From: Abditibacteriaceae bacterium
GTDB lineage: Bacteria; Armatimonadota; Abditibacteriia; Abditibacteriales; Abditibacteriaceae
Reading direction: 5' to 3'
DNA length: 26,256 nucleotides
Assembly: GCA_031372065.1 (NCBI GenBank)
Contig: JANMKN010000342.1
Span: 1-26,256, forward strand
This document shows positions 17,940 to 26,256 of the stretch, one piece after another. The notes beneath the pieces are model-generated. The model worked only from the letters and a program-made list of their open reading frames with translations. It searched no databases and was not told where the DNA came from. Each line of letters starts with the position of its first letter. Position 1 is the stretch's first letter. The translations under genes were made by a program, and so were the position numbers.

Positions 17940-18526
17940 CGGCTCAATTTGAGCTTGTCGCGCAACGCGGCGCGGGCGCGATTGAGGCGGCTTTTCACAG
18001 TGCCGATTGGCAATTCCAACACTTGGGCGATTTCTTCGTAGGAGTAGCCTTGAATGTCAAATAAAACCAAAACCAAACGATGATGCTCGGAGAGTTGATT
18101 TAACGCATCTCGCACCACACGTTGGCGTTCATTGCGCGTTAAAGTTTCGAGGGGATTCTCACGCAAAGGCGCGGCTGGTTCGGGCGCAGGCGAATCCTCG
18201 GTTGCTAATTCCGAAAGTGGCTGTGGCGTTTTCCGGCGCCGAGTGGATGCATCGCCCGACACATTCACGGCGATGCGATGGAGCCATGTCGAAAAAGCAC
18301 AATCGCCGCGAAAATTGCCGATGGCTCGATAAGCGCGAATAAAAGTCTCTTGCGCCGCATCATTGGCCGCATCGTGATCGCGCAGCAGCCACAAGCACAA
18401 ATTAAAAACGCGCTGCTGATGGCGTGCCATCAAGTCGTCAAAAGCATCCAAATCGCCCGCCCGGCAGCGTTCGAGCAATTGAGCTTCGGTCAAATTTTTA
18501 TTGCTCGACAAAAACGGAAGGCGCAT
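17921..18526 (-). CDS. ECF-family RNA polymerase sigma factor
   Basis: DAAQETFIRAY..FSTWLHRIAVN (region 2); GYSYEEIAQVLELPIGTVKSRLNRAR (region 4). Confidence 0.93.
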   Translation of the reverse strand: MRLPFLSSNKNLTEAQLLERCRAGDLDAFDDLMARHQQRVFNLCLWLLRDHDAANDAAQETFIRAYRAIGNFRGDCAFSTWLHRIAVNVSGDASTRRRKTPQPLSELATEDSPAPEPAAPLRENPLETLTRNERQRVVRDALNQLSEHHRLVLVLFDIQGYSYEEIAQVLELPIGTVKSRLNRARAALRDKLKLSRELFDA

Positions 18527-18775
18527 GACAAATAATGATGAATCAAGACACAGATGGCATTATGAATTTAACATGATGCCTTGGGGCGCGTAAAATCGCC
18601 CTCCTCATTTATAATAATTTTGCCAAATTATCAGTTGTTTGACATAATTTGCTGGAAAATAACGCGGTGCATTGAAAACAAGGCTCTTTGGGCCGAACGT
18701 TTGGCTCCAAAAATTTATCACCGTAAAGAGAAAATCTAACGGCGATAGCCGAGTTTAGTCGGTAAAATAGGCTTC

Positions 18776-19642
18776 ATGCTTAAAACACAGACCGGAAATT
18801 TTTCCATTGGAATTCGTCGTGGTGGAGGCTGGCAAAGCGATTTGCCAGCGCTTTTGGAGTGGGCCAAAAGCGAAGAATTGGGCGTAGTTGATATCGGACG
18901 CAACGCCGACGAGATAAAGCAAGTGCGCGAAGCTGGCTTGCAAGTCGGCTCGGTAGATTTGCTGGAATGGCAACCGCTGTTTTCGCCGGATGCCGCCAAA
19001 CGCAAAGATTCCGTGCAGAAAAACGCCGAATACATCGCCAAATCGTGTGGCCTCGGTGCGAAAAAATTCTTCCTGGTGGTTTTGCCCGAAGACCCGACCA
19101 AATCACGCTCCGAAAACTTTGGCTACGCCGTTGAATCGTTTGGCGCTTTGGCGCCGTCGCTCGAAGCGGCGGGCGGACAACTTGTTATCGAAGGCTGGCC
19201 CGGCCCCGGCGCCTTGTGCTGCACGCCGGAAACTTATCGCGCGTTGTTCAATGAATGCGGCTCGCCCGGCATCGGCATCAATTACGACCCGTCGCACCTT
19301 TTGCGCATGGGCATTGACCCGCTGCGTTTCTTGAAAGAATTTGCGCCGCGTGTCGGCCACGTTCACGGCAAAGACACCGAAATTTTGGTCGAAGACCTCT
19401 ACGAATACGGCACCGAACAGCCTGCAACTTTCAAGGAAAGCCCGGCTTTTGGCGCTTCAGCGTGGCGTTACACCATTCCTGGCGCAGGTGGCACCAATTG
19501 GGGCGAAGTGTTTCGCATTTTGGAAGCCAATGAGTATCAAGGTGCGGTTTGCATCGAACTTGAAGACAAGGATTATAACGGCAGCGAAGCGGGCGAGAAA
19601 TTAGGCTTTGTGCGCGGCGCGCGGTTTTTAAGCGCCCGCTGA
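18776..19642 (+). CDS. Sugar phosphate isomerase/epimerase (xylose isomerase-like TIM barrel)
   Basis: VIEGWP, NYDPSH, HVHGKD, CIELED metal-ligand motifs; TAAAAT (18763-18768) 7 nt before ATG. Confidence 0.85.
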   Translation: MLKTQTGNFSIGIRRGGGWQSDLPALLEWAKSEELGVVDIGRNADEIKQVREAGLQVGSVDLLEWQPLFSPDAAKRKDSVQKNAEYIAKSCGLGAKKFFLVVLPEDPTKSRSENFGYAVESFGALAPSLEAAGGQLVIEGWPGPGALCCTPETYRALFNECGSPGIGINYDPSHLLRMGIDPLRFLKEFAPRVGHVHGKDTEILVEDLYEYGTEQPATFKESPAFGASAWRYTIPGAGGTNWGEVFRILEANEYQGAVCIELEDKDYNGSEAGEKLGFVRGARFLSAR

Positions 19643-19673
19643 AATTCGTAATAGCAAGAAAAATAGCCGCCAC

Positions 19674-20624
19674 TTAACTGTGGCGGTTATTTTTCTTGCG
19701 GTTTTGCAGCACGGTCAGCGCGTTGCGTTTCAGGCCGCGCCGTTTGGGGCGTTTGAGTGGACTGCCTTTTAAGCGCCGCGAAAATTCTTCTTGCGGCATC
19801 GTTAGAAATTCGGGCAACGTCGGAAAATCGTCGCGTTGCCAAAGCTTTATTTCATCACTCATCGCCTGACTTTTATTGTTCCACGGGCAAACTTCCTGAC
19901 AAATATCGCAGCCGAAAAGCCAGTCGCCAAATTGTTCTTTCAGTTCGCGCGGCGGGCTTTCGCGGTTTTCGATGGTGTGAAACGAGATGCATTTGTTGGA
20001 ATCAAGCACGAAAGGCGCCACGAAAGCATCTGTCGGGCAAGCATCCAAACAGCGCGTGCAACTGCCGCAAAATTGCGTGCTGTGCGGCGCGTCGTAAGCC
20101 AATTCCAAATCTAAAACGATCTCGCCGAGCAGAAAATATGAGCCTAATTCGCGCGACAAGAGCATGGTATTTTTGCCAACCCAGCCGATTCCGGCGCGTC
20201 GCGCGATTTCGCGCTCTAAAAGCGGGCCGGTATCCACATAAACGCGCCCATTGCACGGCCAATTTTCCTGAATCCAGCTTTGCAATTCGCGCAGCCGCGC
20301 TGTGAGAACGTCGTGATAATCCACGCCGCGCGCATAACGCGCCACTTTGCCGTGTTTTTCGTCGTTCCAATGCTCATTTGTGCGATAATGCAGCGCCACA
20401 CAAACCACTGATTGCGCGCCGGGCAGCACTTTTTGCAAGTCGCCGCGTTTTGCGATGGCATCTTCGCGCGCTATCCAACGCATTGACGCGTTGTAGCCAT
20501 TCATCAGCCAATCCAGCAAATGCCCGTGCGTTTCGCTGGGCACGGCAGGCGCGATGCCACACGCGGCAAAACCCATTTCATGAGCGCGTTGTTTAATGAG
20601 CGTGGAAATTTCGGCGGGTAACAT
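19674..20624 (-). CDS. queG: tRNA epoxyqueuosine(34) reductase
   Basis: ARYARGVDYH, VDTGPLLERE, GIGWVGKN, CGSCTRCLDACPT, CISFHTIE, FGCDICQEVCPWN; start may be 20624 or 20645. Confidence 0.93.
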   Translation of the reverse strand: MLPAEISTLIKQRAHEMGFAACGIAPAVPSETHGHLLDWLMNGYNASMRWIAREDAIAKRGDLQKVLPGAQSVVCVALHYRTNEHWNDEKHGKVARYARGVDYHDVLTARLRELQSWIQENWPCNGRVYVDTGPLLEREIARRAGIGWVGKNTMLLSRELGSYFLLGEIVLDLELAYDAPHSTQFCGSCTRCLDACPTDAFVAPFVLDSNKCISFHTIENRESPPRELKEQFGDWLFGCDICQEVCPWNNKSQAMSDEIKLWQRDDFPTLPEFLTMPQEEFSRRLKGSPLKRPKRRGLKRNALTVLQNRKKNNRHS

Positions 20625-20658
20625 AAAAAGCGCCGGAGCGATCAACGCCCCGGCGCTT
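20625..20658 (-). terminator. Terminator-like hairpin after the NYN gene, abutting the queG start
   Basis: Minus strand AAGCGCCGGGGCG-ttgat-CGCTCCGGCGCTTTTT followed directly by ATG. Confidence 0.65.
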
Positions 20659-20684
20659 GAAAAACGGCATTGATGACCAGAAAA

Positions 20685-22313
20685 CTACTCGGCTTGTTTC
20701 TTCTTTGCCGCAGGGCGGCGGCGCGGGGCCGGACTGACAATGCGTCGCCTTGCTTTTGGCTTTTCGTCGCTTGCGCTTGACGTTGAAACAGCGCTGTTTT
20801 CGAGCGCGACTTCGGGCGTTGAAACTTCGTCGCTGCTGGCGTCGGTTGCCTGAACTTCAGCGGGCGAAGGATTGTCGGTGACAGATTCCACCGTCGCTTC
20901 GGCAGTTTCTGTTTCCCCATCCGCTTTTTCGGCAGTGGCTTTTTTGCCTTTGCCGCGTCCGCCGCGCCGTGTGGCGCGCTTTTTCGTGGCGGGTGCTTCC
21001 TCAGTAGTTTCGGTGGCAGCTTCTGTTTCTGACGGTGCCATATCTACTAATTCAGGCGCCAATTCGACGGCTTCGGCGATCAATTCAGGCACTTCTTCGA
21101 CGGTAGCGGCCTCGATAAGAGTCTCGTCCGCCTTGACAACCATTGCCTCAGACGTGGTTTCTGGCTCAACGATAGCCATTTCTGGCGCGGCGTCTTCGGC
21201 AGGAGCAGCCACTGATGCCACATTATTCGCGGCAATTTGAGCGCGGCGTTCTTTGCCGGAAAAACGCAAGCGTCCCCGGCGCATTCCGCGATTGAGCAGA
21301 TGTTCCGATGACAGCGGGCGCACTTCCGCGTCTTTAATCGTTGGAGCGGGCAGGGCAGGAGACTCTATTTCACTGGCCGCCGATGCGCCCAATTCCACAG
21401 GCGAAATGGGCGCAGTTTCTGCCGGTTCGTCGGATGCGGGCAACGTTTCAGGCGTTTCGTCTTTAGCGCCGCGACGCGGACGACGTTCGCGAGTTGGGCG
21501 TTTTTCGGACGCAGCAACCGGCGCTTTGCCGCTGGCGATCACTTCGGGCGCGCCGTTTTCATCATCGAAATCGCCCGGCAGAAAGACCATAAATTCGCCG
21601 GATTGTGTATCGCGTCCGCCCAATTTCACGATGCCCGCTTTGACGGCTTTGTCCAGAAATTGCTTGAACTGTGGGCACGAGAAATTGCGCTCACTGAAAG
21701 CCGGATTGAGTTGCAGCATCATTTGCTTGACGGTGGAAGATCGCACTTCCATACCGCGCTCGTGCAGCGTCAGAATGCCGCGTGAGAGCAAGGCAAACGA
21801 GCCTTCGAGCGTGCTGACATCTTCGGTGGCGCCCAAACTTTCGGCCACTAAATTCTCGTAGGAAATAAATTCGTTGCAGTTGCGGCGCACAAGGTCGCTT
21901 GTGAATTTATTGCCCGAAACGACGATGACGTGCTTGCCGAGATATTGCAGCTTTTTGATGAGAGGCAGAAAATCGCTATCGCCCGACACGAGGCAAAACG
22001 CATCAATATGCTGCTGAAGCATGGCGATTTCAAAGCCGTCCAGCACGATGCGAATGTCCGCCGAGTTTTTAATAACGGGGCCGAATACGGGTGTTTCCAC
22101 CAGTTCGATACCGTGTTCCATCAGCTTGCGCCGATGGCGATTGTGCCGATACCAGTCGCCGTAAGCACGGCCCATCACGACTTGCCCACGACTGCGTAGT
22201 GCGTTGACGACCAGTTCGACATCGAAGCCGGGGTCATCTACACCCAGAATCACGTTATCGAAATCAATCAGCAACGCGATTTTATAGCCTTGCAGGCTAT
22301 GCGTTGGTTCCAA
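20685..22313 (-). CDS. NYN (LabA/DUF88 PIN-like) ribonuclease with OST-HTH/LOTUS domain and long disordered tail
   Basis: LLIDFDNV, RAYGDW, KNSADI, LVSGDSDF; LOTUS-like VKQMMLQLNPAFSERNF; GGAG RBS before TTG. Confidence 0.88.
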   Translation of the reverse strand: MEPTHSLQGYKIALLIDFDNVILGVDDPGFDVELVVNALRSRGQVVMGRAYGDWYRHNRHRRKLMEHGIELVETPVFGPVIKNSADIRIVLDGFEIAMLQQHIDAFCLVSGDSDFLPLIKKLQYLGKHVIVVSGNKFTSDLVRRNCNEFISYENLVAESLGATEDVSTLEGSFALLSRGILTLHERGMEVRSSTVKQMMLQLNPAFSERNFSCPQFKQFLDKAVKAGIVKLGGRDTQSGEFMVFLPGDFDDENGAPEVIASGKAPVAASEKRPTRERRPRRGAKDETPETLPASDEPAETAPISPVELGASAASEIESPALPAPTIKDAEVRPLSSEHLLNRGMRRGRLRFSGKERRAQIAANNVASVAAPAEDAAPEMAIVEPETTSEAMVVKADETLIEAATVEEVPELIAEAVELAPELVDMAPSETEAATETTEEAPATKKRATRRGGRGKGKKATAEKADGETETAEATVESVTDNPSPAEVQATDASSDEVSTPEVALENSAVSTSSASDEKPKARRRIVSPAPRRRPAAKKKQAE

Positions 22314-22715
22314 GTTGTCTCCACCTTTGGGAATTTGAAATGAGGCGCGGTTCGCGCGGGGGAGAATTGAGAGAAGGCAGGAGGGGAAGCTGAATTGCGC
22401 ACCGTGTTCAAATTCATTCGCGCGCGGAGATTCTGAGGCAGTCGAAAATTCGCTTTAACAAAAAGGCGCGCGAGCCACGGTGCGCCGGGAAGCCTGTCCT
22501 GTCAGTAGTTCTCAAAATCTCACCACCAGCAGCGCGGCATGGCGCCTACTAATTTTTACCGTCTGCCAGTTTAGCAAGGTTGCAAGAATGCTGGCAGAAA
22601 CGTCAAATTTGGCTTTTTACGCGCCGCCAAGAGCAAAAGGGGCTTTTCGCCGATATTAAAGGCTATTTTATCAATATTAAGAGGCTGTTTGGCGATTTTG
22701 CCTGCGTTTTCACGC

Positions 22716-22741
22716 GGAACAATTAAACTCTCTCATGGGTC
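22716..22741 (+). promoter_or_regulatory. Putative ECF promoter GGAAC-N18-GTC upstream of VIT-vWA copy 2
   Basis: GGAACaattaaactctctcatggGTCaat, 30 nt before ATG 22772. Confidence 0.6.
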
Positions 22742-22771
22742 AATGCCCCCAACTTGCCGAGGAGAACTTTT

Positions 22772-25342
22772 ATGCATCGCCTAACCTTGCGCCGCACTTT
22801 AATTGTCGCTGTTTTGTTGACAGGGGCCGCCACTTTGCGCATGACCGCCGCACCCTCGCCGCCCCTGATTGCTCCGCCGACATCCAACACTGACTCAAAG
22901 AAAATTTTGGATAAGACGCAAGCCGCGCCGGGCGCCTTGGTTTTACGCACTAAAGAAGGCAAGGAAGTGGGCCTGTGCCCGCTCAAACACACCACTGTCG
23001 AAGCGAATATCGCCGGCTTTGTGGCGCGCGTTCATGTGCAGCAGACTTTTCAAAACACCGCCACGACGCCGGTTGAAGCCATTTACACCTTTCCCTTGCC
23101 CGCTGATGCCGCCGTGGACGAGATGACGATGAAAATCGGCAAGCGTCTGATTAAAGGCCAAATCAAAAAGCGCGAGGAAGCGCGCCAAATCTACGAAGCC
23201 GCCAAAAACGCTGGACAAGCCGCCGCGCTACTCGATCAAGAACGCACCAACATTTTCACGCAATCCGTCGCTAACTTGATGCCCGGCGAAGATGTGACGA
23301 TTGATATCGCCTTCGTGAATCTGCTCAAATACGACGAGGGCCAGTATGAATGGGCTTTTCCCACCGTCGTCGGCCCGCGTTATACCGGCGGCAGCAGTGC
23401 CGGTGAAAATCCCGACAAAATCGCGCCGCCCATAACGCCGCCGGACACGCGCGCCGGTCATGACCTTTCGATTGCGGTCAATCTCGACGCTGGTTTGCCG
23501 CTGCGCGAAGTCACTTCGCCGCTGCATCCGATTGATGTGGAAAAACAAGGTGTTAAGCGCGCGAAAATCAAACTGCGCGACGTGGCGAGTTTGCCCAACA
23601 AAGATTTCATTTTGCGCTACAAAGTGGCGGGCGAGGAAGTGCAAAGCGGCGTTATCGCTTATGCGCCCAGCGGCAACGATGGCGGCTATTTTACACTGAT
23701 TTTGCAGCCGCCCAACGCGCCCAAAGCCGACGAAATCGCGCCCAAAGAAATGGTTTTCGTGATTGACCAAACTGGCTCGCAGCAAGGTTGGCCCATCGAA
23801 AAAGCCAAAGAAACGATGAGTTACTGCATTCAAAATCTGAATCCGGGCGACACGTTTCAATTAATCGGCTTTACGACAGAAGTGTTTCCGTGCTTCAAAG
23901 CGCCGGTGCCCGCGACCAAAGAAAACATTCAAAGCGCGCTGGATTGGCTCAAACCGTTGGCCGGAGCGGGCGGCACCGATATTCTCAAAGCCGCCGATTA
24001 CGCCCTGAAAATTCCCTCCGACCCGAAGCGTCCGCGCATTATTTGTCAGATGACCGATGGTTATGTCGGCAACGAGCAGGAGATCATCAAGCACGTCGCG
24101 GCGCATCGCGGCGAGGCGCGGATGTTTCCCTTTGGCGTCGGCAACAGCGTCAATCGCGCCCTCATTGACGGCATGGCGCGCGAAGGTCGTGGCGTGGCCG
24201 AATACGTTTTATTAAGTGACGACGGAAAAGCGGCGGCGAAAAAGTTCTACGAGCGCGTGGCGCAGCCGCTTTTGTTAGATGTCAGCGTGGATTGGGGCGG
24301 TTTGCCCGTCGAAGATGTGCTGCCGCGCCAGATTCCCGATGTGTTTTCGAGCGCGCCGATTATCTTGAAAGGCCGCTACACGCGCGGCATGAAGGGCAAA
24401 ATCACCGTGCGTGGCCTGCTTCGCGGCCAGAAATGGCAAGAAGCGATTTCCGTGACTTTGCCCGAAGAACCCACACAAAGCGCCGAAGCGTTGCCGTCGT
24501 TGTGGGCGCGCGAAAAGATCAACGATGTCGAATACGAAGGCTGGAAAGACAATAAAGCGGGCGAAACTCCGGCGAAAATCACCGATTTGGCGCTGGAATA
24601 TCGCCTGATGAGCGCCTACACCAGTTTCGTGGCCGTTGAGCAGCGCATCGTCAACATCGGCGGCGTGCAGCGCACTGTCAACGTCCCCGTAGAAATGCCC
24701 GATGGCGTCAGCTACGAAGGCATTTTCGGCGACAAAGCCGATGGCACTGTTGCAGTGGGTTTGTCTGCGCTCGCAACCACGCTTAGTCGAGGCGTGGCGC
24801 CACCCCGCTTTACAACAAGCATAAGATCGCTTTATCGCGGCGGCACTAATGGGGCCGTTGGGGGTGGCGTTCCTAGCCCGCAAGGGCCGCAAGGTGTGCC
24901 GGGGCCAGTCATTAGTAATCCGGTGCCTGCTGCCAAGCCAGCAACAGCGGCGCCTGCTGTTAGCCGGCCAGCCCTTGAAGAAAAAGCCAAAGACAAGAAT
25001 CTCTCTGAATCTGAAAGTTTGAAACTGGATGTCGCCGATTTCACCAAGAAACTCGACGCCATGAAGCCCGAAGAGCGCAAAGCGACGCTGCGACGCCTGA
25101 AACTGGCGCCCGCGCTGCAAAAAACGCCGCTGCCAAACGTGAAAAACGGCAAGATCGAAGTGCAAATCTGGCTCAAAGATTTGCCCGCCGATGGCATCCA
25201 AAAGCTCAAGGCCGCCGGTTTTGACCTCGCCGCCACGCTGACACCCACCAAACTGCTGCTCGGCACGTTAGATGTGAGCAAACTCGACGCGCTGCTCGAA
25301 CTTTCCTTCGTGCGCCGCGTGGAAACGCCGAATTTCTCGTAG
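22772..25342 (+). CDS. Exported VIT + vWA domain protein, copy 2
   Basis: GAGGAG RBS then ATG 22772; signal peptide; PLKHT..EAIYTFPLP VIT motif; MIDAS variant DQTGS, GGTD, MTDGY; YTSFVAV. Confidence 0.9.
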   Translation: MHRLTLRRTLIVAVLLTGAATLRMTAAPSPPLIAPPTSNTDSKKILDKTQAAPGALVLRTKEGKEVGLCPLKHTTVEANIAGFVARVHVQQTFQNTATTPVEAIYTFPLPADAAVDEMTMKIGKRLIKGQIKKREEARQIYEAAKNAGQAAALLDQERTNIFTQSVANLMPGEDVTIDIAFVNLLKYDEGQYEWAFPTVVGPRYTGGSSAGENPDKIAPPITPPDTRAGHDLSIAVNLDAGLPLREVTSPLHPIDVEKQGVKRAKIKLRDVASLPNKDFILRYKVAGEEVQSGVIAYAPSGNDGGYFTLILQPPNAPKADEIAPKEMVFVIDQTGSQQGWPIEKAKETMSYCIQNLNPGDTFQLIGFTTEVFPCFKAPVPATKENIQSALDWLKPLAGAGGTDILKAADYALKIPSDPKRPRIICQMTDGYVGNEQEIIKHVAAHRGEARMFPFGVGNSVNRALIDGMAREGRGVAEYVLLSDDGKAAAKKFYERVAQPLLLDVSVDWGGLPVEDVLPRQIPDVFSSAPIILKGRYTRGMKGKITVRGLLRGQKWQEAISVTLPEEPTQSAEALPSLWAREKINDVEYEGWKDNKAGETPAKITDLALEYRLMSAYTSFVAVEQRIVNIGGVQRTVNVPVEMPDGVSYEGIFGDKADGTVAVGLSALATTLSRGVAPPRFTTSIRSLYRGGTNGAVGGGVPSPQGPQGVPGPVISNPVPAAKPATAAPAVSRPALEEKAKDKNLSESESLKLDVADFTKKLDAMKPEERKATLRRLKLAPALQKTPLPNVKNGKIEVQIWLKDLPADGIQKLKAAGFDLAATLTPTKLLLGTLDVSKLDALLELSFVRRVETPNFS

Positions 25343-25346
25343 CGCC

Positions 25347-25380
25347 AAGTTCAAGGTTAGGATTCAACTTTGAACTTTTT
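25347..25380 (+). terminator. Hairpin/terminator after VIT-vWA copy 2
   Basis: AAGTTCAAGGTT-aggattc-AACTTTGAACTT then T-tract; AT-rich stem with one G.U pair. Confidence 0.55.
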
Positions 25381-25411
25381 CCGAAAAGTATGATTTTCGG
25401 CTCCCCAAAAT

Positions 25412-25621
25412 TGCCTCCGACGGCGTCGGAAGCATTTTAGGAGAGTGGAAAAATGCCTCCGACGGCGTCGGAAGCATTTTGGGAGAGTCGGAAAACCGCG
25501 CCGACGCCGTCGGAGGCACTTTGGGAGAGTGGAAAACCTCTGCCGACGCTGTCGGAGGCACTTTGGGGAAGCCAAAAAGTGTTCCCGACTACGTCGGAGG
25601 CATTTATAGAGAGTGAAAAAG
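25412..25621. repeat. Five tandem 42-bp palindromic (REP-like) repeats
   Basis: Units start at 25412, 25454, 25496, 25538, 25580; each has CCGAC-nnn-GTCGG followed by a conserved AxGCAxTT..GAGAGT.GAAA-like segment. Confidence 0.9.
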
Positions 25622-25778
25622 TGCTGGTAAGCTGCTGATCTGGCAGAAACTCCCAATCCTGCTCAATCCGTAGCAAGTTGCGGCAATACGAAGTTTCAAG
25701 CGCGTTTCTCCCTACGAAGCGCGCTTTTTATTGGCTGCAACTTGAACTTTCAACCTTGAACGCCCAAACTCAGGGGCG

Positions 25779-26256
25779 ATGTCTGAAATCGAAATTGTCC
25801 CCGCTGTTAATTCCAACGCCGCTTTGAAAGAATGGGCTGTCACCTGCCGCGCTTTGCAAGAAGGACGGCAGGTTTTACTGCTGCGCAAAGGCGGCATCGA
25901 AGACGATTACGGCGTGTTTTCGCTGGAACAGCAAACGTTCTGGTTGCAGCCGACTTACGAGCATCAAAGCGAAGAGCGCGTGAAACTTCAAGACCGCGAT
26001 TTATTTGAAAGTGTCGCGGCTTTGCAGCGCGATGGCGAAAATCTCGACTTCATCGTGCTGGGTTTGTGGGCGCAAGTGGCGCAGGTCTGGGCTTTGCCGC
26101 CCGGCGACGAAAACAACCTGCAAAAACTGCTGGACGCGCCGCATATTTATGAAGAATCGTATTTGCGTTTGCGCCTCGATTACAAGCCGCAGCATCCCTT
26201 GCTATGCGTGGCGTTGCGCGTTTATCAAGCGCCGCAACCCGCTGTTATCACCATGC
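25779..26256 (+). CDS. DUF1802 family protein, 3'-partial
   Basis: Hand-translated MSEIEIVPAVNSNAALKEWAVTCRALQEGRQVLLLRKGGIED..PTYEHQ; open to the window end; not in the ORF track. Confidence 0.8.
   Translation, partial: MSEIEIVPAVNSNAALKEWAVTCRALQEGRQVLLLRKGGIEDDYGVFSLEQQTFWLQPTYEHQSEERVKLQDRDLFESVAALQRDGENLDFIVLGLWAQVAQVWALPPGDENNLQKLLDAPHIYEESYLRLRLDYKPQHPLLCVALRVYQAPQPAVITM

Noticed and set aside
24275..25201. 308-aa minus-strand ORF, plus similar long ORFs at 13842..14480, 15078..15737, 21253..21861 and 23228..23860
   Set aside because: Antisense shadows of well-supported genes, with no recognisable motifs.
13989..25342. Diversity-generating retroelement or recent duplication linking the two VIT-vWA genes
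   Set aside because: No reverse transcriptase and no near-identical template/variable repeat pair seen; the paralogues are highly diverged.
25412..25621. CRISPR array
   Set aside because: Segments between palindromes are homologous to each other rather than unique spacers, the period is only 42 bp, and no cas genes are present.
25357..25676. Short ORFs across the repeat array
   Set aside because: Open in several frames on both strands because the period is a multiple of 3; no RBS or coding signal.
1..26256. tRNA, rRNA, integrase or transposase genes
   Set aside because: None recognised in ORFs or intergenic regions; an Rfam or tRNAscan run would be needed to exclude small RNAs.

Overview
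Bacterial genomic DNA in two parts. (1) ~1-7650 is an accessory, probably prophage or island end; several genes are visibly AT-richer than the rest. It holds a truncated hypothetical gene, membrane proteins, a Tpx peroxiredoxin lacking the usual resolving Cys, and a GGDEF (diguanylate cyclase) domain fused to an ApeA/HEPN-like region, preceded by an unannotated 37-aa CCHC peptide. It also holds a triple-HTH regulator divergent from a secreted PLD nuclease-ComEA fusion, and ends at a gene that looks 5'-truncated. (2) ~7650-26256 is host-like backbone: two pilT/pilU paralogues, tadG/tadE-like pilins, an ECF sigma/zinc anti-sigma/VIT-vWA operon, a TIM-barrel isomerase, queG, an NYN-LOTUS RNase, a second VIT-vWA gene, a 5x42-bp palindromic repeat array and a partial DUF1802 gene. 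Best candidates for undescribed systems: the CCHC peptide + GGDEF-HEPN-like module, and an ECF regulon. In the latter, a GGAAC-N18-GTC motif precedes both VIT-vWA transcription units, and the anti-sigma and both VIT-vWA proteins share a Gly-rich plus collagen-like (GPxGPxG) motif. All family calls come from motif recognition by eye; no searches were run.
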